A stretch of 64,000 nucleotides of DNA from Sphagnum compactum (Eukaryota), in the NCBI GenBank assembly GCA_965153455.1, contig OZ234493.1:16296213-16360212 (forward strand). Direction: 5' to 3'. This document shows positions 8,084 through 21,202 of the stretch, piece after piece; within the stretch, counting starts at the first letter, position 1; the number at the start of each line of letters is the position of its first letter. The notes beneath the pieces are model-generated. The model had not been told where the DNA came from. It saw nothing but the letters and a program-made list of their open reading frames with translations, and searched no databases. The translations under genes and the position numbers were made by a program.

Positions 8084-10927
8084 CCTGGTGGGGGAATGCA
8101 TTCTATGTGGTGTGTTACACAGTTCATAATGGAGAACAATACACTGGGACATCTGCCGATGTTTGTCTTACTTGAGTTTTACATCATCTTGAGAAGCTTA
8201 TTTGTTTTGCTCTCATCTCACAACTTAACCTTTTAGGAGTCTTTTGTCACCCCCCAGTTCCTTGACTATGTTTCCAGAATGACCTTCCCCGATTTCAGTT
8301 CCAAGGGCAGTGTTTATATGGTGTGACTCAGAATCTTCCTCCAAGCTTTCAACCCATCTTCCCTCTTTGTCCCCATGGCATATCTCTCGAACTGATGGAG
8401 CTTATGATCTTTGACACCTATTGGCTTACGAAACTTATGAAAGTATGAATCTTCTTTCCATGGTGCCCTTTTTGGAATATGCTTGATTCAGACCTCTTTG
8501 ATCACAAGTGATTAATTATATGGAGTACTCATATGAATACTCACCTTGTCCCCCGTTATGTGGTTAGTTTCAAGTTGAACCCTAAGATTTCAGATTTGGA
8601 AAACATGTGATTTTGATCAAAGATTTAGCTCTCTGTAAACAGGAGTGTGTGGACCTATGATAGAACTCTATTGGTGTTAACATCAATATCAAACAATTTA
8701 GTTTAAACTTACAATTGGCCCTTTGTATGTAGAATACCTAGGCATGGCAAATAGTTGTTGTGTGTGGAGAGAAACATTATCTTTTTCTGCACCCATCCAT
8801 CCATAAACTCTTTCAGTTGTCCGTAGCTTTCAAATGACTGTTTGCTTTGGAAATCTCGACATTCACAGTTGTCCAAAAGTGTTTCTTGGCCTATGGTAGC
8901 ATACCATTGTTTTTTTGTTGGTGGTACTGATGCTTTGCTTGTTGCAAAGACAGGAAACTGAACTGCAAATTTTGCTATCAAATTTTGGAGTATAGAATCA
9001 AGTCTACTCGAGGAACTTGAAGCCATGATTGCAAAAAGAAAAAATTAGGTTAGTTATTTGTTATGTTTGTCATTCTTTTATACACATTGAAATAGAAGTT
9101 GGAAAGATGGATACTGAAAAGCCATAGGGTGTTTAAATCCCTTCATATTCTTAAATTCACAAAAAGCTTTTTCAGGGTGTTACATCTAGAAATTGTTATA
9201 TGTCTTGTGGTGTTTTGAATCTACTAAAAATATTAGAAGTCGAAAAGGTTTATGAAACTATAATTGAGCACAAGACATATGCTCATTTTTTGAATGTGAC
9301 GCTTGTGATAAAATTCCACTCATTTGTCTTCTTTTCTATCCTCCTCTCTAGATAATTTTTCAAGTGCTTTCCTTTTAGCATGTGATCGTTGTCATTTATC
9401 AAATCTTGTGGGTTTGTGACCCAAGCTGACAACGTTTAGGTTAGTGCTGCAGGAGCAGTACTACTCTATTTGAGAGAGAGACGGACACAATCAATAAAAG
9501 ACGACGTTAGGCCTACCTCCACTCTAGGTCCCATAAGGGACCAACTAGTTTGAGGTCCTTGACCCAAAAAACCATTAGAATTTTTCTTGTAAAATAGACA
9601 ACTATGATGTCGTTTTAGAGGATAGGATGCACCTTGTGTGTGAGGTTCCTCATTTTGGAGGAACACCTTGTTTGTAAAGGTTCTTCAAAATGAGGAAGCT
9701 TATGCAAAAGGTGCCATTTGATGTTGATGTAGAAATTTTACTAAGGGTAATGTGCCCTCCACATACACTAGAAAAATTCTAGTGGTTCTTTACAATTGTA
9801 ATAAGGGACACAAGATGGGAACCCTTTTAGTGTGTTTACCAAATCCTTAGTATTACCTAATTATTCCCCTATCCTCACTCATGAACATGAAAGGGTCGAT
9901 GATACACATTGAGAGACTGCTTCAGCCAATCAAGAAGAATCTTTTTTTCTACCAACCCTTTTGGAGATCACCTTATATTGTGCATATTTACAAGTCCAAA
10001 CTCAGTTTCACAAGTTTCATACGACCACAGTACAATGGCAGCTTCAACACATGTTCCTCAAATTAAAAAATCATGTTTGAAGATTCCATGTTTTAAATGA
10101 AACACTTCAATAGATTCTCTATTTTTGTTCACACAATTTGGTTCTATTAAAAATACATTTTTGGAAAATTTCAACGTTTCTACAAATAATTCAATTAGTG
10201 TCGAGCTGCCAAGGTACTATGGTACTATGGTAAAGTTTTTTTGTGAGTAACTTTGATGCCAATAGTCAAAAGACCTGAGAAAGTCACAAAACCTTCAATA
10301 GAATGACAATGCAAGTCAAAACATTGTGAAGGAATATTTTCAAGAAAACAATTTTATTCTACAACAACTATAGACAAGTTGTAGGTTACATGTTTCATGA
10401 TGCAAACAAAAATCAGACATATAGATCTTGCACATTTGCAGCAGTTGTGAGAATTCCAAACAAACCCTCAAACCAAAAATTGAATGTCTACTAGGTCCAA
10501 TCTGCAACAGTGAAATCTTATGAAATATGAAAGTTATGGACTACAACACAGTGCGCCTCTATCTGCATTCAAGGATCATACTTACCAGCCCCCACACTCT
10601 TTGCGCACTGGAAAGGAAGTACAAAAGCAAAACTATGCCTTTTGGTTAATATTTGATGAATCCACCCACAAAGAAGACTGGTTTATTGCATTCTTGACTT
10701 GGATCAGCTGCATGAACTTCACACCTGAAACTGTAAAACTTGAAGCCTTGACTTTAAAGGAGATCAAAAGCGGGGTGGCAAAACAAGAAGATTCCAGTTT
10801 TGCTTTTATGTTGCTACACAATAAGAGCTTGCTCGTGCTTTGTCGGCACTTTTCCCCCATCGGAATCCATACCCACTGTTTCAAAGTATATGTCTGGATT
10901 AATGAGTAAAACTTCTTTGAATCTGCC

Positions 10928-13900
10928 TCAGCTGATTATGCGTCTCGCGATACTCACTTTAGACCCGACTGACAATAGTCTTCCATACCTTGCGTGTAAC
11001 CATTTGACACAGTCAGTCTCCAGTTCAACTACAGAATTCTGTTCGAAAGATTGATGAGCATCACCTGAGTGGTCTTGTGTCAATAAGGTACCAAATATTA
11101 TCCTTCCCTACAACCATTCCACCACCACCAACCACACACAAGGATTGCAATAGAGTTATATGGAGTCACTCGGTGAAGGAAAACAGACACAGAATACTAT
11201 GCAGAATATAATTGTTTCCTATTCAGGTGATATTGTTGAAGTCAGGATTATTGAGCATGATGGAGATGCACAATCCCCTTTGCAACCCAGTGTCCAGATA
11301 ATATATAAAGATACAGAATTTCCTGCAAAATATATAAGCAAAAAAGAGGAAGGAAAGGGGAAAAAAATTAACCAACTGTCAAGGAGAAAATCTCTACCTT
11401 GATGAGGAGCCAAAGTTGCCAGTGGTTGACTCTGACTGTGACAGAAACCGATGGCTTGGTCTATGTTCACCACTTGACCACCAGTTGCCACCTCCTAGCA
11501 CCTGCCATACAATCAATGAAAATTCAGAGTAGCCTTCCTGTAATGGTGAACCCTTTGGGATTAAGACCACTTGCAAGAGGTGGACAATGGGTCCCTAGAC
11601 CACACCCTTCTACTGGCTTCAATGCTTCCAAGGGAGTAGATACATTCTGATGACAGGCACTTCTTGTTAACAAATGCGGGTTTTGGGGACACACTGTAAA
11701 TTGCTGATTGCAGATGCTGACAGTCTGCCAATTATCTTCATTGTTTGGTAGGCTGCCCGAAAGCACTAGGTTTGGCCTAAACTGCAATGCATCAACTTCA
11801 ACACTCACAGGCGCATGTTCAGTATTGCAGACCCCCTTGATCTGCAAATCTGCAGGAACAAACCATGCACAGTGTGTCAACACCTTTCTAAATAAACTTG
11901 TGCACCTTTCAGACGCTTTAATCCCCAATTGGTTGCAAAATCACAAAACACATCCCAGAAAATGCGAACCAGGCAGTGTCAAAGTTTTTATTCAAAGCTC
12001 CCTTGTCTCTTCAACTAGTTCCCACCCAAAATCAAAATGACTAGAAAAGCACAGAATGGGTGGCAAGTAAAACTGGTTTGAAAAGTCCAAAAGTCTGATT
12101 CTCAACCTTCTTTTTGGTGCTTCAAAAACTGAACTTACTATTCTTTTCACCAAGAGAGTCATGGACATACACTGCCATACGCTGGTTTAGCTCATCAATG
12201 CTGGCTTTTGACACAAGAAAAAGTTGCCCCTCATTCACAAAGCTGATCTCTGAGGCTTCATTACTACCCCCATCATCATCATCATCATCATCTCTTTCAC
12301 CAACACCAAAGGTTCTTCACTGCAATTTTCGGCTCTTGGGTTCTCTCCTCAACAAAGTGCAGGGTATCCCTAGAGCTTCTGCAAACCATTCTGCCACCTC
12401 TGGACCATAGCTGTTGCCTCCAGCTCTAAACAACAACAACAACAACAATTGAGAGTTCAGAGAACTCACAAGTCTCTGAATGCCAAATCTCAAATAAATT
12501 TCTGGACACCAAACCCATACCCAATTCAGATGAGCCACAATACTCATGCATACTCAAGCTGGAATCCAGCATACACTCATGCAAGAAAGTGTGTTCTGAG
12601 ACCAATCAGAAGAAGCAACTGTTGCCACAGAGCATCAAATCACTTGTGACAGAACATTAATCTCCTTGTAATGGAATAGCTAGACAATGATTCATGTTTG
12701 GAGCCCAGACTTGGATCATCCCTATTGAGAGGTTAATGGATGTTTGAATTGAAAACATTGAAGAAAGCTGCACTTGATTCCAAGACATTGAAATACATGA
12801 CTTTCAGTCTCACCCGAAACTCAACTCAATAGACAACATAAGAATATCTCTGTGGGCAGTAAAAATACATCCCAACTTGTGAATTTTTTTTCAGTCTGAA
12901 AACTCTTGATGCACATCCATCTTCAGATCATATATCCCACTCAAAAAAAAGAACCCACATTCCTGAGAACAGTAATACAAGGCCAGAAAGATCTCCGTCA
13001 TTTATAATCTAGCAAAGTGCTTTCAGTGACAGTTCAGTGTTTTTATTTTGGTATGTGGTGTTCAGAGCTTGTGAGACAAAATGTTCACGCACTTTCTTCT
13101 GAGTAAGGGTATCTCCAGAATGACTCTGTCTCAACCACTGTGTAATAAAGAAGCCCTGCACACCATATTTCCATAAAGTTCTGGTGTTCAAATGAGGGGA
13201 AAAAAACATGGGTATAACCATGTTTCAGTAATAAACTTCTACACTCTTGACAATGTTCTAGTCTGTCTCTTGGGCATATTCCAATGGAACATAAAAGCCA
13301 TGGGGAATGGAAGAAGACAGGTCTCATAGAACAGAATTGCTTTTGGTTTGGTATGCTTACCACAATCACTCAGAGGCCACACCTGCACTCTGAATCCAGC
13401 ACAGGACTTAATTGGGTAGACAGTCATTGATTCCAATTGTATTGAAGTTGTTGCGTGGGTGTCATTGTCTACTACTCCACTGTTGATGCTATCATCCATC
13501 ATTAGACCACTACTTGCTGTTGAAGTTTCTGATTAAAAAGTTCAACAACCTGTGCCACTGCTCAGTAGTAGAGACCCAAAAGAGCTCATTTTCTCCTTGT
13601 AGCTTGGACATTGCTTCTGTCTGTACTCCAGGGGAAAAAAAGGTTGTTCTGATACAAGAACATCAAAGTATCAACAGAACAGCATTGCAATAAGTGCTTT
13701 ACCCAAATTACTCAAGCCCTTTGATATCCTATCATTCGACATTTCATCAATCCTCTTGACAGTTCAAAATACATGTGAATGAACCTAATCACAGCCTGCA
13801 AGTTTCACATTACTGGATTCAATTGCCAAAGTGCCCTACCATTTTAACTAAGGCATCAAAAACACAACCAAGACAAAAGATATGAACGACATTGAATTGC

Positions 13901-16900
13901 GGGAAAAAAAAAATGTTTTCTACAAACAGAAAAGAGGTTCTTCAAGTGCAGCTGAGATTGTGGGTGTCTTCTTACCAAACAATCCTCAAATGTAGACATG
14001 TAACCAAGTGAAACCTGTACAGCTCCTGTTGGTTGCCCATTGATCACATCATGATCATCTCAGCACACCTGGCCTGCCTGCAAATAGTTCATGCCAATCC
14101 TCCTAAGGACTATGAAGAGAGCTTAATGCAGCAATCCTTACAGAGCTCGTATGACTCAGGTGAAAGATCAAACTTGGAGACAGAATGCAACTCGATGAGG
14201 AATAATAGCTTGCCAGCTTTCAGCAGGATCCCTGACATCATAATTTGTATGGAGATCCAGTTGCAAGAGTTGCAAATACTTTGCACATGCACCTGGGTTA
14301 CAAAAACAGCCCATCTGTGCAAGAAATCAAAAAGGCAATGTTGTTCAATTCATTGCGAAATGAATTTTGACTTTTAACCCAACAAAAGAATCTTTCCTAA
14401 AAGCGACCTACGACTTTCTTTTGCAAATTGCTTGTTTTGAACTACTGGTAGCATCTTGAAAGCAACTTAAACGGAGCAAAATATTTCTCAGAGCTGCAAG
14501 CTTTTCAACTTCATGGTACCCAACCCAAGACCCATCAGCCTGCTTCAGATTGAATACCACAATTGGGCCTTGGTTACACTGTGGGCCCCAGTAATTCTGC
14601 TGTTGCAAAAAACAAGCATCCAACAGAGACAATGACAAACCACAAGATTTTGTGTGATAAAGATTCAGCACTTGCAGATGAAGATTCCAGATGTGAATGA
14701 AACTGGATCATGACATCAATGCACCACTTACTGCTTGATGATGGTGATCATCATCATTGTTGTGATGGTGGTTCCCATATAGAATGCAAACCAGAGTTCC
14801 ACTCCCATGCTTTAAGCCTGCAAGTTTTGTAGCCATGTAGCCGGTCAAGGACCTGGTGTGCCTGCATCACCAATACCTTGTTCTCAATCAGAAGTGCAAG
14901 ATTTGAGCTACAATGATCAGTCAGTTTGAAGCAGTTAAGCACCAAGTGGTATGGAAATGGTGATGGTGTCAGATACTCTGAGTTTGTGAGCCTGAGGTCC
15001 TCACCTACTGATGTTTTGTGGTTGTAGCTGATTGATAACCAAAAATCCATGGCAGAGTGCAACTATGCTGAGAAATGAAGCAGTGCCATCCTTGAGCCAC
15101 TGTTCTGTTCTATCTCATTTCTGCTATGGAAACTGCCACTGTGCCTGTGTACAGGATGTCCACCAGTTCACAAACATTCAACAATTGTGCGCCTTTGCTG
15201 AAAGGAAATACTACAACTACTTTGTTAGCAAAAATATTTTGATGAGCAAAACAAATAAAAACTCTTGTCTGGAGGAACAAGATTGCACAGAAACTACCTG
15301 ATCACTGCAGATAGAACCAGAAGATGACTGCCCTGGATGTCATGAAGAAAAGCTTTGGCTATGACAACCATAAGAAAAAGGCATAAAAATGACATAACAA
15401 TTCACCTCCTGTGAAGTACTTCTTTCTCAGCAGATGCGCAGCATCTGCCAACATCACCACAACACATGATCATTACACAACCCAAAACATAGATTCTGGC
15501 TATCTTATCCATAACCTCAGGAAACTTAAAGGAGCTACCAGAATGGTTTTCCCCAACAAGAATATGGCAAGCAGTAAAATCAAGGAATGTGAATCTTGTG
15601 CTTACCCATCCCGGACAAGAAGTGCTCCCAGACCTGTTGGGTAGTCAAATAACTGCAGCCAGTGACAAACAGCCAGCAGGTTTCTAAGCTGTGAAAGAAA
15701 TCCATTTTTTTTTTGCTCAAGAAAAATCCTCACTGCCCAATGAATTGAGATGCGTGCAAACAAGACCATAGAGAATAGCACAATGTGAAAATTGTCCGCT
15801 TTCACCAGTCGTCAACATCCATGAGCATGAGATTGGACTGTCTTGTTACCTTGTAAATGAGATGGCCACAAAGTCTGCTTCGAATCTAGACTAGTCTGGG
15901 GTTGTAGTACCACATCCCTTGGCAGCATCCACAAGCACCAGCCACTGACCCCTGCTGGGTCAGACCCAATCCTCATTCTCTCAATTCCAACAACATACTG
16001 ATAGATAGATGCCACCAGCACCCTCTTTATAGTGATTGATTGATCAGAGAATATGGATCCAATTCCAGGAATGTCACTACCGCCTAGAAAATCTAGAAAA
16101 TCTTACTTTTTTGTGTCCCTGAATATAAAGTCCATGGGAAAAATGACTAGGTGCTCTTGATGCCAAATGTGCTTATATTGGCATTGTCAGATCCTATGTG
16201 TAAAACTAGAGAGTCAAGTGATGAGTAGTACCTACAAGTGTTTTTTTCCACAATTTCTGCCCTGTTGAATCTGAGTGATGAGATCCAAGTAGAATTTTGC
16301 TCCTGAGAAATTGCATTCAAGGGGAAATGCAAACAAGTGGTAGAGCTCTTGATCCTCTGGCATCGTCCATAACCACCATATCACAACACCTGTCTGTCCT
16401 GAACTCTTTGAAATCCAACACCAAAACTCTTGGCAACATAAGCCAGAACAACATCAAACAGAAAAAGCAAAAAAACCAACTACCCACAAGTTCAAAATCC
16501 AAACAAAGAGAGCTCAGTATCCCCACCTTCACATTCTCCTGTCGGAACCCAAGATCCCATGGGCCTTCGTAGTGGACTCCTGCATTTTATCTGCACAATG
16601 CCTCTCTCATAGTTTCTAGATTTGGAGCTTGGGGGGGAGACCCATTCCACATCCACAGCAAATTATGGCAGTGGCATCGTGATCAAGATCTTTTTCCATT
16701 GTGTCAAGAATGCAATGATGATCTCATGATGATGATGACACCTACAGAAAGATGAAGCCGAGAAAAGGAGATCACATTTCACAAACTGTACTTACTGAAG
16801 AAGAAGAATTGTCTGAGTAGACAAAACTCAAAGTCAGCAGTTTGAAAAACCTCAGATAAGTGACCAGGTGAAAAAAGGATGCTCTCGAATCCTGAGCACG

Positions 16901-17461
16901 CTGTTGTGATTCTCCATTGTGGAAAGATACTCACTCTTGCTGCTCCATGGAAAAGTTTCTCCAACTAGCTTCATTGCTGACGTAGCTCCTGCTGTGAATA
17001 CACACGTGTATTCTCTAGCAGGTGCATTGAAGAGATCCAAAACCTGTGAGGGAAAAAAGAAAAAAACATCTTGCTGAATGTTATCACCCACAGGCCAGCA
17101 ACAACCAAACCTCACAAAAGAAAGCATAATTTGCATTATTGTCTAGTAGCTTCTTCTGCAACATAGCAGAAGATTTTTACCTGCTGACAAGCATCGGATG
17201 TCTGGATGCTGCTGTGACTTTGACTGTCTGTTTTCTGTCAAGGGTGTTACTCATCATGTTCCATAGCAACCTTTTGGATTTCCCAATTCACAGCTCTTGG
17301 GCTGTTTCAAACCTCTCAGGCAATGAACAATCAGATGAGGAAAAGAAATAAAGGGCTGGATATGGGGATTGCTGTAAAGATTTGCAGATAGATCATCCAG
17401 AGTCCTCTCAGCTGAGAATCTGAATGCAATATTGCTCCTGCATGATCCACATACACAGTTC
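10928..17461 (-). pseudogene. ABA3: Molybdenum cofactor sulfurase (ABA3/LOS5/MCSU-like) pseudogene, multi-exon
   Basis: Exons encode GTVYVDHAGA, VLDLFNAPAREYTCVFTAGATSAMKLVGETFPWS..MENHNSVL, LFAFPLECNFSG, LVDAAKG, FDYPTGLGALLV, KYFTGG, GPIVVFNLKQADGSWVGYHEVEKLA, GCFCNPGAC, PTGAVQVSLGYMSTFED, MOSC-N VYPIKSCAGF, FVNEGQ and FRPNLV. Lesions: frameshift ~17405; in-frame TAG at 15891-15893; 1-nt deletion in the PLP-lysine SFYK motif (~15853); TGA at 14060-14062 replacing Trp; further frameshifts. The 5'-most exon(s) may extend to ~17900. Confidence 0.9.
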
Positions 17462-18334
17462 CTGTTTTGATGGCAGACATCACTACCCCATAATCTCTCT
17501 TACCCAACAACCCCTCTCTCTCTCTCTCTCTCTCTCTAAGAGAAGACATACCACAATTCGCAGATTGATGTAGCCACAGACATATCACAATTCACACAGA
17601 TTGGGTCCTGCTCAAGCTTTTTCCTGCTTCCTCTCCCTTTCCAAAGAAGAAGAACAGTCAATTTTTTTCTGTCTGCAACCGCAATTGCTCCAGGTAACAA
17701 TAATTATGAGGATTTGCAAAGCTTCCCAAGCAGCCAGAGAGAGGAGTCCCGGGGGGGAGTTTGCGGAGCGACACAATTCTCAAACCACAATTTCAATCAA
17801 GTATTCACATCCTGAGGAGAAAAAATTCTCGACACAAACTCCACAAAAATTCCTCCTCCACAATCTTTCTCTCTCTCTCTCTCGATACCCATGCAGATGA
17901 TGAAAATTGAAGGTTCTTCCCAACAGCCTTTTCTTTTTCCTGGTGAAAACTCGCCAAGAGAAGAAACTTTTTAAAAATCCAAAAATCAATCATTTTATTT
18001 TTGAGGGTTGCAATCAATGGCCAGAAGTCAGAAAAAAACAAAGTTTAGGAAAAAATAGTCAGATTTCTACATTTGATTTCAGTAAATAAAAGCTGAAAAT
18101 ATAGTGAAATGATTAAAGATTTGTGCAGCTTCATAGCCAGATTCGCTAAATCTTCTTATGGATGATCACCACTTTTTCTACATCAGCTTCCAGATGGCTA
18201 TGGATGATCAGCACGTAGGCTGCTTAAAAAATGTCCTTAAAAGAAACAAGCTTCCCTCTTGGCAGAACCAACAAATCCTCTCTTTGTCTGATTTGCTTCA
18301 CCCCACTAGTAAGAGAGGTTTAGGACCAAGGCTT

Positions 18335-18478
18335 GGGCTTTGGATTTGGGCAAGTGCATTTTCCTCCCTTTCACTTTTGGGTGGGCTTTGGATTTGGGCA
18401 AGTGCCTTTTTCTCCATTTCACTTTTGGGCGGGCTTTGGATTTGGGTGAGTGCTGTTTTCTCCCTTTCACTTTTGGGT
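18335..18478. repeat. 48-bp tandem repeat x3
   Basis: GGGCTTTGGATTTGGG(CA/TG)AGTGC.TTTT.CTCC.TTTCACTTTTGGG(T/C) starting at 18335, 18383 and 18431. Confidence 0.85.
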
Positions 18479-19187
18479 GTTAATTCGACTTCGGACAAAT
18501 TATTAGCTTTTATAATATTAACTATATTTCACCTTTCCTAATAACTACCTCCATTTTATAATTATCTCACTCCTTTTTCCTATCCAACAACATTGGATAT
18601 AAATAAATAAATTAACATGTGTTTTTTCATGTTCTTGAAATGTATATTAATTAAAATTAAATTTGACATTGACATAAATATATGAAAACAGAAGAAAAAA
18701 TTAAAATAGGTGATTGTCACTGGTAGTGCACAGCAACACGGAGCTCAAATTAAAGAAAACTGCTAGTTCCAGTGACCATGTTTCATGGGAACTGGTTTAT
18801 GTAAGATGGGTATTTTGGTGATGGTCACTGCTACAACTCCAGAGTCTTTCTGGATTATAATGCACTAATGGCATGCACACGTTTGTTCTCAAACTTAATA
18901 GATATTGATGGACCAAATCTGTTGAACATAGATATATTAAAGCCCTGAACTTTTTAGTATTAATAATACAATAGAATATCCTGCATGGCATTCCAGTACA
19001 ATAATATATATATTGTTGCAGCAGCTGCTGCTGCTGCTGCTGATCTCTGATCTGGGCAATCAGCTAATACAAGTTTCCAGAAAATGTTTTAAGGAGCGGG
19101 TGATGATCTAATTCTTCCAAATCATCAAACACCTCAGCGACCTTCATGTACTGAATCACTACAGTACTTGAATTATTGTCAGTACAA

Positions 19188-19800
19188 CTAGCTAGCTAGC
19201 TAGCTAGCTAGCACGCACTCCATGACGTTCCAGCTCCTGTACAAACTAGCAGTTGAGTTGCTGCAACTGAGACAATTTTGGTGGATCAATCCCCTAGCCT
19301 ACTAGTGTTGTAACTGAGAATGAACTCGGATCATTAGCTAGCTAGATCTGCAACAGCTAGCTAGGATCGATCTATGAAATTCAATCAGTTGCACATTAAT
19401 ATGATGATGACCATGAATTGTAGATCTAGTTGATTTGTATACTGATGATGATCAGATTCAGCTTTCTGCACCTCGAGTTATTGCGTTCCATGCTAGCTAG
19501 AGATTGTAATTGGAGTAGTACTGATCTTCTACTTGTTCAAGAAATGCAGCAATTTATCGCGTCATTAAGCTTGATCTAGGTCGTCTTTACAGCTTGATCT
19601 CACGTTGTACTAGCTAGTTTGCAGTATGTTTTCCTCATGATCCTCTGGCATGTCAAATTACTGTAAGACGTTCACCCAATCATACTAGTCGATTAGCTGC
19701 AGCTAGCTAGCTAGCTAGCTAGCTCCCTAAATAAATCAGCTCACTTGCAATGAGTTTTAATCTTCAGGGAGTTATTAATCCGTCAACAATAGCTAGCTGA
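19188..19800. repeat. (AGCT)n microsatellite clusters downstream of expansin 1
   Basis: CTAGCTAGCT... runs at ~19188-19212 and ~19700-19724, plus shorter scattered copies. Confidence 0.7.
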
Positions 19801-19975
19801 TCATGTGCTATAATCCTGTCATGAAGACTTGCGGATAGATTCGGTCTAGTGGGCGCTGCTGCAGGAGCAGTTTTGGAACTTTGGAAGCTTGGCGGGATTC
19901 ATCTAATGATCTAGTCTAGAAATCTTTCTCAAATGCAGGTAGCTCCTCATGATGGATGGTACCATATGTGAATTG

Positions 19976-21202
19976 TTACCACCGGAATTGGCTACCCTCA
20001 AAGGTTTGGCCGAATTGCCAAAAGGTGTCGGCTACATTATAGGAGACAACCGTCTGGCCGTCACTGGTGGTTGTCATGAAGGAGAGCGTCTGTCCATACA
20101 GAACATTGCCTTGGTGCTGCCAATTCTGGCCCCAGTTTTGCTGCATTGGCTCCCAGGACCAGTTTGTTCCTTCTGCCATCACTGACACCTTCTGCACGTC
20201 CCCGGCTCCTCCCACGTTTGTGATCAGCACCAACAGGAACCAAGGGTTGCCATTGATGGTGAAGCGCAATCCTCCTCGTCTCTCACATGGTACCCTGCAC
20301 GCACCACATCGCAACCGCTATAAGATCACAAGCTGGCTTACAAACGGGAACTCGTGTACATAAACCCTTCTAGATCGAACTTTCCTCCCTGTGAGGTTCC
20401 TTGGGAATGTTGCAACACCCCTTGTGTTGCACAATTATTCCCTGCGTTTGTTTGTAGTCTATTCGTGAAGGTAAAGTTAGACAATTCTCCCACAAGGGAA
20501 GGAATCATCCAAGAGCTCTGAGTTGTGGGTGTGAATTTACATTACCTCTTGTAGAAGACGGGAACAATTCCAGCAATGGGCTGGGCGAGCTGGATGAAGG
20601 CAGGGACAGCCAGGTCGAAGTGGTGGAGAGGAGGGTTGCACCACCCGCCGTCGTCGTTGGGTAGCGCCCAATTGGGAGGACAGAAATTAGTGGCTGTCAC
20701 AGTCAGGATAGGTGCGCCAGGCACGCACCATCGAGGCTGGTTGCATATCAGCTTGTAGCAAGCTCCACATCTCAAGCCTCCATCGAAAAGAGCCGTGCTC
20801 AGAGCTGCTGTGTTGGTGCCATAGCCTTGACTGTAAAGGTTGCCATATCCGCACGCACCACCTATGGCAGCAGCAACAGCAGAACACCAGCAGAAGATTT
20901 ATCAGACTTGCACGGGCATTCAAATCCTCAAAACACACGCACGCACGCACACACATTCTGACACACATTGTTCAAGTCTCACCTTGAGTGCCAGCGGCAT
21001 CATCCCCACCATAGAAGGTAGCATGGGCTGGTTTCCAGTAAGTATCACCAGTGTAGCCTCCAGCAGAGACTTCACACAAGCGTGAAGCTCCGATCATTAA
21101 CACAGCAGCTAGCTGCATCACTAGCTGCAATTGCTGCTGCATCCGACCCATGAGTAGTACTGATCTGCTCGACCGAGTCGACTTCATCATACAGGCAGCC
21201 AT
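19976..21202 (-). CDS. EXPA: Alpha-expansin (EXPA family), 3 coding exons
   Basis: Exons 21202-20983, 20861-20546 and 20294-19976 joined by GT-AG introns in frame. Motifs [73 protein letters not shown]. The true start Met is uncertain because several in-frame ATGs precede the signal peptide. Confidence 0.95.

Noticed and set aside
18158-18541. 127-aa hydrophobic ORF (LGGLWIWASA repeats)
   Set aside because: Translation of the 48-bp tandem repeat.
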